DNA of 64,000 nucleotides, from positions 3,544 to 67,543 of the forward strand of contig JAKAAG010000002.1 of assembly GCA_021797085.1 (NCBI GenBank). The letters are read 5' to 3'. The DNA comes from Nanobdellota archaeon (GTDB lineage Archaea > Nanobdellota > Nanobdellia > Parvarchaeales > Parvarchaeaceae). Of the stretch, positions 47,382-55,444 are shown one piece after another; position 1 is the first letter of the stretch; each line of letters opens with the position of its first letter. The notes beneath the pieces are model-generated. The model saw only the letters and a list, made by a program, of their open reading frames with translations, had not been told where the DNA came from and did no database searches. The position numbers were made by a program, and so were the translations under genes.

Positions 47382-48626
47382 ATGGCAGAGTTTAAAGGAT
47401 TGGATGGAGTATCGGATAAGGATTTTGATCCTTATTTTGGAATAGCTAGGTTGGACGAGCAGCTTAAGGGGATACCTTCTAAGAAGATTGTATTGATATC
47501 TGCTTCACCATCAGTGGGGAATGAGGTTTTTGGATATCAAATAATACATAAGAATATAACCTCTGGAGTAAAAGTTCTTGTTTTTCTGAATAGAACCTCT
47601 CCACAGTCTTATCTTACAGACATGAAGGAATACGATTTTCCAGCTAATGACAATTTATTCATAATAGACGCTTACAGTGGTATAACAGGAATAAAGTCTG
47701 ATGAAACGGACCACATAAAAGTTATAAGTAATCCTTATGATAAGGAAGAAGTAAAGACAAAGGTTATCAAGGAAATTGGTAATGGATATGGGCTTTTCGT
47801 AATAGACTCATTTTCATTGCTTGCCGATTTCTTCGACTTTTCGTTTGCCGCTTCATTCATGAATGATATAAAACAAGAAATTATAAACAAAGATTCGGCA
47901 GCGGTGCTTCTTTTCACAGATTGGGGCTATGAAAAACAAAATGTAGATAAACTGCTTTCAAATGTTAATTCCACTATAGAAGTTAAAGGAATAGAGAAAC
48001 GTGTGATTTTTGGGCAGTATTTTGCGGTATTAAAGTGTGATTGGGTTGAAGAGAAACAGCAGACATTTTCATCCGTTCTATTCAAGGCAATAAAACCTGG
48101 AGGAATAAAGGTTTACTTCCCTAAGATTTTAGTTACAGGACCAACAGATGCAGGTAAAAGTTCATTCATACACAGTGCTTCTAAGAACGCTGTCAGTGTA
48201 GATAAACTTGGCGGAACGATAGCTTTGGACCATGGAACAGTCGATTTTCAAGGTTATCGCGCAGATTTGTTTGGAACGCCTGGACAGGAAAGGTTCGATC
48301 CTTTGCTTAAAATGCTTGGCGGAGAAGCAATCGGAGTATTCTTAGTAGTAGATTCAACTAAACCTGAGCAATTTCCTAGGGCAGTGGAAATGCTTAGGAA
48401 AACAGAGACTTATGGTTTACCTGTAGTAGTTATTGCAAATAAAGCAGATCTTAATGGTGCACTTAAAAAGGAGGAAATAAGAGAAAAGCTGCACTTGGAT
48501 TCTGCAATAACACTGGTACAGACAGTCGCTGAGGACCTATCGAAAGTAGATCCAAACGAACCAACAAAATTAAAGGAGGCGGGAATAAACGAGGCGTTAT
48601 CTGCTTTATTTAAGCAGTTAACATAA
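47382..48626 (+). CDS. Fusion protein: P-loop-less KaiC-like domain + COG2229/MglA-related small GTPase
   Basis: Residues 1-245 follow the KaiC-like strand/helix pattern (GIARLDEQLKGIP; LFVIDSFS; final GGIKVY), but the P-loop position reads SASPSVGNE. Residues about 247-414 have G1 GPTDAGKS, G3 GTPGQERF and G4 NKAD. Confidence 0.7.
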   Translation: MAEFKGLDGVSDKDFDPYFGIARLDEQLKGIPSKKIVLISASPSVGNEVFGYQIIHKNITSGVKVLVFLNRTSPQSYLTDMKEYDFPANDNLFIIDAYSGITGIKSDETDHIKVISNPYDKEEVKTKVIKEIGNGYGLFVIDSFSLLADFFDFSFAASFMNDIKQEIINKDSAAVLLFTDWGYEKQNVDKLLSNVNSTIEVKGIEKRVIFGQYFAVLKCDWVEEKQQTFSSVLFKAIKPGGIKVYFPKILVTGPTDAGKSSFIHSASKNAVSVDKLGGTIALDHGTVDFQGYRADLFGTPGQERFDPLLKMLGGEAIGVFLVVDSTKPEQFPRAVEMLRKTETYGLPVVVIANKADLNGALKKEEIREKLHLDSAITLVQTVAEDLSKVDPNEPTKLKEAGINEALSALFKQLT

Positions 48627-48656
48627 TTATTTAAATAAGAAAATCGTAAATTACAT

Positions 48657-49031
48657 ATGGCTACAAAATCAGAACAATTAAAAAGCGTTTTACAAAGATT
48701 AAGCACAGTTGGAGGAATAAAGGCATCTGCTGTTATATCAGCTAATGGTTTGCCAATGGTTTCTTTAATGCCAGAGGATGTAGATCCAAATACTTTTGCA
48801 GCAATGCTTGCTTCAATGGTAGGTTCAGCAGAGACGGCCATTAAATCCTTGGGTGCAAAGAATACTCTAGAAAGGGTAGTTGCAGAGTCAAAGGACATAA
48901 GGGTGGTAGCAGTACAAGCAGGTACAGATGCAATACTTACAATAATGATTGATCCAAACACAAATTATGGTTTGATTCTTTTGGAATCATCTAAAGCTTC
49001 AAATGAAATCGCCAGTATAATGAAGCAGTAA
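48657..49031 (+). CDS. Roadblock/LC7 (MglB-like) domain protein
   Basis: 124 aa. The segment GGIKASAVISANGLPMVS...FAAMLASMVGSAE...ILTIMIDPNTNYGLILLE fits the Roadblock/LC7 pattern. Confidence 0.8.
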   Translation: MATKSEQLKSVLQRLSTVGGIKASAVISANGLPMVSLMPEDVDPNTFAAMLASMVGSAETAIKSLGAKNTLERVVAESKDIRVVAVQAGTDAILTIMIDPNTNYGLILLESSKASNEIASIMKQ

Positions 49032-49043
49032 TCTAGAACTTAA

Positions 49044-49454
49044 ATGTCATTTGTTCTTTTCATCTGCAAATACAATAATGGTAGAAGCCAAGTAGCGGAA
49101 GCCTTTTTTAATAACATTACCAAGAAGCACAAATCTATAAGTGCAGCAGGCAGTTCAGTCGGCAAAGGTATAAATTCTTTAGACATAAAATTAATGAAGG
49201 AAAAATTTGGGATAGATATGAGTGGACAGTTTTCAAAAGCCCCTTCTGATTATTTACTAAAAAATGCGGATAAAATAATAATAGTCTGTGATCCTAATGA
49301 CTGCATACTTATACCCAAAAGCTATGTAGAGAAGGCAGAGCATTGGTATATCCCTGAATTGGACGGTCGTTCTGTCGAAGAGAAAGTGAAAATAATGGAA
49401 GAGATTCAACAAAAGGTTAAAGAACTAATTTCAGAGTTAGATAAAGAAAAATAA
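49044..49454 (+). CDS. Low-molecular-weight phosphotyrosine phosphatase / ArsC-family protein
   Basis: N-terminal active-site loop CKYNNGRS (C-x5-R-S). 136 aa. Confidence 0.75.
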   Translation: MSFVLFICKYNNGRSQVAEAFFNNITKKHKSISAAGSSVGKGINSLDIKLMKEKFGIDMSGQFSKAPSDYLLKNADKIIIVCDPNDCILIPKSYVEKAEHWYIPELDGRSVEEKVKIMEEIQQKVKELISELDKEK

Positions 49455-49459
49455 AAACA

Positions 49460-49732
49460 TCAGCTTTTTAAGGTTTTTAGTACTTCATCAACCTTGTCTA
49501 TATTATCCTGTTTTATTGCTTCTATTATCGCAAGCTTATCCTTTTTCCTTACCTTTATTTTTTCTCCGTTTTTGGTTATCTTTAACTGTTCTTTGTCTAT
49601 GTTTACAGGTAGTTTTTCGTTCCTCGGCTGGAAATCTTCATGCTCTTCTTTCTTAACGTACTTTACTTCATAGCCGTTGAACTTTACCTCTTTTACGGTT
49701 TTACCTTGCTGGTGTTTATACCATTCTTCCAT
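49460..49732 (-). CDS. Small Lys-rich hypothetical protein
   Basis: 90-aa ORF with no known motif. Confidence 0.4.
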   Translation of the reverse strand: MEEWYKHQQGKTVKEVKFNGYEVKYVKKEEHEDFQPRNEKLPVNIDKEQLKITKNGEKIKVRKKDKLAIIEAIKQDNIDKVDEVLKTLKS

Positions 49733-49811
49733 GATTATTATGAGATTTCAGAGGTTAAATATTTTGTGATAGGTATTTATAAGTTATTCTAAATTATATA
49801 TAATGCTTTAA

Positions 49812-49895
49812 GCTCAGGTTGCGTAACCTGGCATCGCGTAAGCCTGGAGAGCTTATGGGAGCAATCCCTTGAGGGTCCGAATCCCTCCCTGAGCG
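49812..49895 (+). tRNA. tRNA-Ser (anticodon GGA), class II, no intron
   Basis: Acceptor GCTCAGG/CCTGAGC-G, anticodon stem TAAGC/GCTTA with loop CTGGAGA, long variable arm, T-arm GAGGGTCCGAATCCCTC. An oligo-T tract follows. Confidence 0.9.
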
Positions 49896-50004
49896 CTTTT
49901 TATATTTTTTAGAAAGGCAGAAAAATAGTATCAAAAAATGTTTAGTTAAAATTTTCTTTTAATGTCAAGGTCACATTTAAATATAAAAAAATGTTAATTC
50001 TTAA

Positions 50005-50427
50005 ATGGAAAAGGTAATAATCTTCGTAACAAAGTATTCTGTAGAGTCTTTTTACAGCATGCAAGCTATACTTACTGGTTCAAGCAATACCAATGTTGAT
50101 ACAGAAATTATATTTAACGGAGCTTCTGTTCTTGCCATGACTAAAAATTTCTATAATAAATTTCCAAAATCTGATATAGAGAATGAATACGCTAAAGCAA
50201 TATTGGACATTTGGGATTCCGGTGAGTTTCCGGACTGGTTAAAAATAATTACTATGGCAAAACAATCAGGTAAACTAAAAATCTATTTGTGTCAGCCATG
50301 CGTAGAAATATTTAAAAAGAAATTCGGCGAACTCGAATTCTTTGATATAGTCGATGGAAAGGTCAATGGCGTCGAAATATTCAATAAGCTTAAAAACGAC
50401 AAGGACTATCTTTTCTTGACTGTATGA
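50005..50427 (+). CDS. DsrE/DsrF-like (COG2044) sulfur-relay family protein
   Basis: 140 aa. It has a KVIIFVT start strand, IIFNGASV, and a C-terminal KIYLCQPC block like COG2044 proteins. Confidence 0.6.
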   Translation: MEKVIIFVTKYSVESFYSMQAILTGSSNTNVDTEIIFNGASVLAMTKNFYNKFPKSDIENEYAKAILDIWDSGEFPDWLKIITMAKQSGKLKIYLCQPCVEIFKKKFGELEFFDIVDGKVNGVEIFNKLKNDKDYLFLTV

Positions 50428-50654
50428 ATATTACTAAAACAGTTCTTTCTGTCGGTTCTTCCTATTATTTTGTTTTATTAATGGCGTACACTTTTTCCAA
50501 GCAATTGAAAAGCGGCGAAGCTGTAAAAATATTATTTAATGATTTTGATCCTTCTTTGGTTGACTCCATAAAATCAGTTGCTGAGCAGAGAGGTTTTTCT
50601 TTGGAGATACATGCAGACGTTAAGCCCGCTTATATTGTTTTGATAAAAAATTAA
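50424..50654 (+). CDS. TusA/SirA-like protein lacking the CPxP cysteine
   Basis: 76 aa with a TusA-like pattern (GEAVKILFNDFDPSLVDSIKSVAEQRGFSL). The catalytic CPxP position reads SSYY. Confidence 0.55.
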   Translation: MNITKTVLSVGSSYYFVLLMAYTFSKQLKSGEAVKILFNDFDPSLVDSIKSVAEQRGFSLEIHADVKPAYIVLIKN

Positions 50655-50718
50655 ATTTTCAAATGAAAATTTCTTTGCTGTGTTATTATCTCAATAGCAT
50701 TCTTTTAAAGTCTTAATT

Positions 50719-51261
50719 TTACTTGACTCTAAATTCGCTTGCCCTGCTTAGAATTCCGGCTTTTTGCATTACGTATTTGGCTGCAACTAGTATAGTAATA
50801 CCTGCTATAAGCGTTAATATCCCATATATCGGTATTTTGAATATCATAAAAGCTACTGCTATGCCAATTGCAGGTGGGTGCTCACTATCGGTTTCAAACA
50901 GCAAAAAGGATACTATGAAGATAACTATCCCTGCCATAAGGTAAAAATTTATAAACTTTGACAGAAAAAAGCCAAGATACCCGAAAAAGCCTGCAATAAG
51001 GTAACTTTTAACAAACCTTGTTTTCTTTGCAGCCTTTGAATATGGCATTAAAAATAAAATAAACGCACTACTTGCGAAGGAGGTAAAAATCAATGCAGAA
51101 GCCCCGCTTATTTCCCGTATGTCAAAATTTATTTCATGCAGTATAAAAATCAGAAGCACAACTACAAACGAAGAGGCAATTAATGGTATGAAAATGTTGT
51201 TTCTGTTAAATTTGTGTTTTAATTTTTTATATTCTCTATGGCTTAGTTCATTTTTCTTCAT
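50719..51261 (-). CDS. HPP-family membrane protein
   Basis: 180 aa with four or five TM helices and the HPPA motif (DSEHPPAIG). Confidence 0.65.
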   Translation of the reverse strand: MKKNELSHREYKKLKHKFNRNNIFIPLIASSFVVVLLIFILHEINFDIREISGASALIFTSFASSAFILFLMPYSKAAKKTRFVKSYLIAGFFGYLGFFLSKFINFYLMAGIVIFIVSFLLFETDSEHPPAIGIAVAFMIFKIPIYGILTLIAGITILVAAKYVMQKAGILSRASEFRVK

Positions 51262-53155
51262 ATTCTGTTCTATTTTTTATATTATTTAAAAGATCATTTA
51301 TGAATTCGGTTAGGTCCACGTTATATTTTGTTTTTCCCTTTCTGTTTCTGACAGCTATCGTTTTCTTCTCTTCTTCTTTATCCCCTATGACAATGACAAA
51401 AGGTACTTTTTCAAGCTGCGCCTTTCTTATTCTATAATCAAGCGTGCCATTCTCAGTGTCGCTTTCTACCCGTATATCATTCTCTTTCAGTTTTTTAGTG
51501 ACTTCTTCCGCGTATTTATTGTTTCTTTCTGTTATGGTTAGTACTTTAACCTGTACAGGAGAAAGCCACACGGGGAGTTCTCCTTTTGAGTTTTCAAGTA
51601 TTATGCCCATAAACCTTCCTATAGTACCCATTATCGAGCGGTGTATAACTATTGGGAAATGTTCTTTATTGTCATTCCCAACGTACTTTGCATCAAACCT
51701 TATGGCAAGGTTAAAGTCTAACTGTATAGTCGATACTGCGTAGGCGTCTTCAACTCTTCCGCTGAAATCAAGTACATAGATGTCAATTTTAGGCCCGTAG
51801 AATGCACCATCCCCTTCCTTTATTTCGTATTTGTAACCTCTCTTTTCCAAAGCATCCTTAAGTATGCTTTCTGCCTTATCCCAAAGTGCATCCTCCCCTA
51901 TCCTTTTTTCAGGTCTTGTGGCAAGCTTCATAATTGGTTTGAAGTTAAAAGGCTTGTAAGTATCATCCATTATATCAAACATCCTAAGTATCTCGCTTTC
52001 TATCTGTTCTTCAGTAACGTAGACATGGGAATCATTCTGCTCCATTAACCTTGTTCTTAACAGACCGTCAAGCGTACCTTCAAGCTCGTATCTGTGCAGA
52101 AATCCGTAATCTGCCAGTCTCATAGGCAAATCTCTGTAGCTTCTTGTCTTAGATTTAAACAACAAGGCAGAAAAAGGACAGTTCATAGGTTTAAGTCCAT
52201 ACTCTTCATCGGATTCAAATGGTGTAACCTTGAACATGTTTTCCCTGTATTTGTCAAAATGCCCGCTTATCTTCCAAAGATCTATCTTTGCAATTAAAGG
52301 TGTTATTACCTCGCTGTATTCGTATTTTTTGTCTAGTTCTCTTGCAAATTTCAGAAGCTCATTGTAGATTACCGTTCCCTTTGGGGTAAAGAATGGTGAC
52401 CCCGGGGAAAGCTCGGAAAACTCAAAAAGATCCAAGTCTTTTCCTATCTTTTTGTGATCATGCTCCTTTCTTTCTTCCAATACCTTTAAGTATTCCTCTA
52501 ATTCCTTTTTGGACGGGAAGCTAATTCCGTAGATTCTGGTCATTACCTCTCTTTTGCTGTCTCCTTTCCAGTAAGCTCCTGAAACCTTCAAAAGTTTTAC
52601 TGCACCGATGTAACCTGTAGAAGGTATATGCGGACCACGGCATAGATCATAGAATTCACCGTCTTTGTATATGCTTAAATTTCCGTTTACTCCCTCTATT
52701 ATCTCTAGTTTGAATTTGTTGTCTTTTAACAGCTCTTTGGCTTCTTCTTTTGATACATCCTTTCTTTCAAAAACAAAGTTCTCTTTTGTTATCTTTTCCA
52801 TCTCCTTTTCTATCTTTTCAAGGTCATTATCTCCAACTTTAAGGTTGTAAATATCATAGTAGAAACCTTCGTCTATCGCTGGGCCAATACCAAGTACAGC
52901 TTCAGGATATAGCCTCTTTACAGCAGTTGCAAGAACATGCGCAGAGGAATGCCAGAATACCTTTTTACCAGTCTTATCTTTGAATGTAAAGAATTTTATC
53001 TCCCCATCCTCCTTTACTTCTGCAGACAAATCTATTAGCCTGCCGTTTATCTCCGCCACGATTATGTCTTTAGGGGCGTTTAATTCCTTAGCTATGTCTA
53101 TGGCCTTTTCTCCATTTTTGAGTTCTCTTTCCTTTCCGTTGTATACAATTTTCAT
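51248..53155 (-). CDS. thrS: Threonyl-tRNA synthetase (TGS + SAD editing + class II core + anticodon-binding domain)
   Basis: 635 aa. N-terminal TGS domain, HSSAHVLA editing-domain motif and class II motifs (FRYELEGTLDGLLRTR-type, GPKID..). Confidence 0.94.
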   Translation of the reverse strand: MKIVYNGKERELKNGEKAIDIAKELNAPKDIIVAEINGRLIDLSAEVKEDGEIKFFTFKDKTGKKVFWHSSAHVLATAVKRLYPEAVLGIGPAIDEGFYYDIYNLKVGDNDLEKIEKEMEKITKENFVFERKDVSKEEAKELLKDNKFKLEIIEGVNGNLSIYKDGEFYDLCRGPHIPSTGYIGAVKLLKVSGAYWKGDSKREVMTRIYGISFPSKKELEEYLKVLEERKEHDHKKIGKDLDLFEFSELSPGSPFFTPKGTVIYNELLKFARELDKKYEYSEVITPLIAKIDLWKISGHFDKYRENMFKVTPFESDEEYGLKPMNCPFSALLFKSKTRSYRDLPMRLADYGFLHRYELEGTLDGLLRTRLMEQNDSHVYVTEEQIESEILRMFDIMDDTYKPFNFKPIMKLATRPEKRIGEDALWDKAESILKDALEKRGYKYEIKEGDGAFYGPKIDIYVLDFSGRVEDAYAVSTIQLDFNLAIRFDAKYVGNDNKEHFPIVIHRSIMGTIGRFMGIILENSKGELPVWLSPVQVKVLTITERNNKYAEEVTKKLKENDIRVESDTENGTLDYRIRKAQLEKVPFVIVIGDKEEEKKTIAVRNRKGKTKYNVDLTEFINDLLNNIKNRTEYEEK

Positions 53156-53294
53156 TATTTTTTCTGGTTTTTAGTATATTAATAACTATTTTAGGTAAAC
53201 TTTGCAATTCCATAAGGATAGCATCTTATGAAATACTTACAAGCTACCTACTTTTTGGAGCTTTATACCTATAATTAAAATATTAATGTATTAA

Positions 53295-53486
53295 ATGACA
53301 TTGAAACTTATGCACATTAACAATAAAGGTATGGAACTGGGCATAACTATAATAATAATCATAGTGATAGCTCTGGCATTGCTTGTAATCCTGCTTTTTC
53401 TGTTAAAGAGCGGCATATTCTCGCCATTGACAAGTCTTATCCACTCTTCTCCAAACGCCACTTCAATAAAGAATGGCATACCATAA
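53295..53486 (+). CDS. Possible very small membrane/pilin-like peptide
   Basis: The ORF encodes ..MHINNKG/MELGITIIIIIVIALALLVILLFLL, a basic leader followed by Gly and a long hydrophobic helix. The start is uncertain. Confidence 0.3.
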   Translation: MTLKLMHINNKGMELGITIIIIIVIALALLVILLFLLKSGIFSPLTSLIHSSPNATSIKNGIP

Positions 53487-53538
53487 TTTTGACTTAATAA
53501 AAAATATATAAATACTGGGATATCTTTTAGAACTATTT

Positions 53539-54387
53539 ATGGTTATACCATTTAATGTAATATATATAGTTTCTGAATTATTGGTGATAACTTTAGTTTC
53601 GTATGCTGTATACTATCTTATATCAAAGTTTATAACTAGAATAAGCGATATTAAACAAAGATATAATCTAAAGAAGATATTAGCAATTATCATTCTTTTT
53701 ATTGACTTCGTTATAATTATTTCAATATTTGTAAATAACAGTAGCATAGTTGCATTGTCTGCCGGCCTTTTTTCTGCAGGAGTAGCTTTCTCATTACGAG
53801 ACCCACTTACCAGTTTTCTTGCATGGATAATAATTCTTCTAATGCGGCCAGTTAAAGTTGGTGATAGGATAAAAATAGGAACGGAAGAAGGTGACATAAT
53901 AGATATAAATATGTTTTTTATAACCATAATGGAAATAAACGACTGGGTAGAAGGTGATCTTTACACTGGTAGGATAGTTGAGATACCAAACAACAAGATA
54001 ATGAGTGAAGATGTAATAAACTTTTCAAAGAGCTTTGAGTATATCTGGGACAATATAACTATTCCAATACTATTTGAATCAGACTACAAGAAAATATCAA
54101 AACACATAGAGAAAATAGCGGAAGAGAAAACAGAAAAATTTCTTAAAGGGGCAGAAAAGGACTACGAAAAACTAAAGAAAGAGTACTTTATATCTAGAGG
54201 AGACATACGGCCAACAGTTTTTGTATCCTTTAATGATAACTACATAAAAATAAATTTAAGGTATATAACAAATTTGTGGGAAAGAAAGAAAACGCAAAGC
54301 GAGATAAGCTCGGCCATACTTGATTATCTTCATAAAAATAAAATAGAGGTGGCTTCCTCATCTATAATTGTTTCTAATAAAAAATAA
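53539..54387 (+). CDS. mscS: Small-conductance mechanosensitive channel (MscS family)
   Basis: Three N-terminal TM helices and the MscS beta-domain block RPVKVGDRIKIGTEEGDIIDI. Confidence 0.85.
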   Translation: MVIPFNVIYIVSELLVITLVSYAVYYLISKFITRISDIKQRYNLKKILAIIILFIDFVIIISIFVNNSSIVALSAGLFSAGVAFSLRDPLTSFLAWIIILLMRPVKVGDRIKIGTEEGDIIDINMFFITIMEINDWVEGDLYTGRIVEIPNNKIMSEDVINFSKSFEYIWDNITIPILFESDYKKISKHIEKIAEEKTEKFLKGAEKDYEKLKKEYFISRGDIRPTVFVSFNDNYIKINLRYITNLWERKKTQSEISSAILDYLHKNKIEVASSSIIVSNKK

Positions 54388-54407
54388 TGGAAAGTTTAAG
54401 ACTAATT

Positions 54408-54851
54408 TCAGCAAGATAAGTAATATATATTATAATTTTTGCCTGCCGGTATCTTTAATATTTTTGTCTGCTTACCCGAGTTAGTTGCGTTTGAGCATAG
54501 TTCACCGCTAGGCGTTAATACTGGATAGATTTCCAAGGAATAATTTCCGGGAGAAGAGCTAACGCTTATGCTGTTGTTTAAATAATACGTGTAATTCTGG
54601 CCGTTGAAGTTTATTGTCCAGTAATAAATTGAGCTTGGAAAAGTTGAACATGTAGAGCTGCAGTTATATGCAGTGAAATTAGTTGTAACCTCAGAAAGTT
54701 GCCCCGGGCTGGCAGATTTTATCCCACTTACTAAGCTGCTAAGATTTGTAAGTATATAACTTCTTATAGTTGAATCAAATAGCAATAGTATTATAATCGC
54801 AACTATGGCTATGATAAGCACCCAAGTCCCAAAGTTTACTTGACCTTTCAT
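54408..54851 (-). CDS. Class III signal-peptide (pilin-like) protein
   Basis: N-terminus MKGQ/VNFGTWVLIIAIVAIIILLLF, followed by a Ser/Asn/Tyr-rich secreted domain with sequons. Confidence 0.6.
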   Translation of the reverse strand: MKGQVNFGTWVLIIAIVAIIILLLFDSTIRSYILTNLSSLVSGIKSASPGQLSEVTTNFTAYNCSSTCSTFPSSIYYWTINFNGQNYTYYLNNSISVSSSPGNYSLEIYPVLTPSGELCSNATNSGKQTKILKIPAGKNYNIYYLSC

Positions 54852-55444
54852 ATCTTATTTGTTGTCTTATAGACTATAACGACTGGCAAACTATAATAGC
54901 TTTTTTTGTGGAAAGGCAGCGTCCTTTCAAGCTTAATGTCTTCTATCTTGTGTATTAAAAAGCCGTTACTATCTGCAATTTTCCTTATTTCCAGGTTGTC
55001 CTTATAGATAAAGAACAGATTATCTGCTAGTGAATTTATCTTTTTTATGAATGCACTCAGGCTGAAATTGCTTTGGAATCCGAATGGGGGATTTGATATA
55101 ACTATTTCGTATTTTTTGTCTACATCAAATATGTCCATGCGGATTGATTTCGCATTATTAATGTGGAGTTTTTCAATATTTTGTTTAGCAGAGTAAACTG
55201 CATTTTCATCTATATCATAGAGATCAACTTCTGCTGCACCAAGCAATGCAGCAGATATTCCTAATATGCCGTTTCCGCATCCTAAATCAGCCACATTTTT
55301 TCCAGTTATGCTTATATTATAATCAACGAAATTTATGAACTGGTAGGCAGTATCTATATCTGTAGAATACTGCTCCAACCTAAGGCTATTTTTTTCTATT
55401 TTATCCAGTTTAGCTATTTCTCTGTAAAAATCAATCTTTTTCAT
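54848..55444 (-). CDS. METTL5-like N6-adenine RNA methyltransferase (COG2263)
   Basis: SAM motif DLGCGNGILG, acidic loop LYDID and the NPPFG catalytic motif. Confidence 0.8.
   Translation of the reverse strand: MKKIDFYREIAKLDKIEKNSLRLEQYSTDIDTAYQFINFVDYNISITGKNVADLGCGNGILGISAALLGAAEVDLYDIDENAVYSAKQNIEKLHINNAKSIRMDIFDVDKKYEIVISNPPFGFQSNFSLSAFIKKINSLADNLFFIYKDNLEIRKIADSNGFLIHKIEDIKLERTLPFHKKSYYSLPVVIVYKTTNKI

Noticed and set aside
48410-48961. 183-aa minus-strand ORF spanning the GTPase/Roadblock junction
   Set aside because: It is antisense to two ORFs with clear GTPase and Roadblock motifs, its composition is low-complexity Ser/Ala/Thr, and it has no motif of its own.
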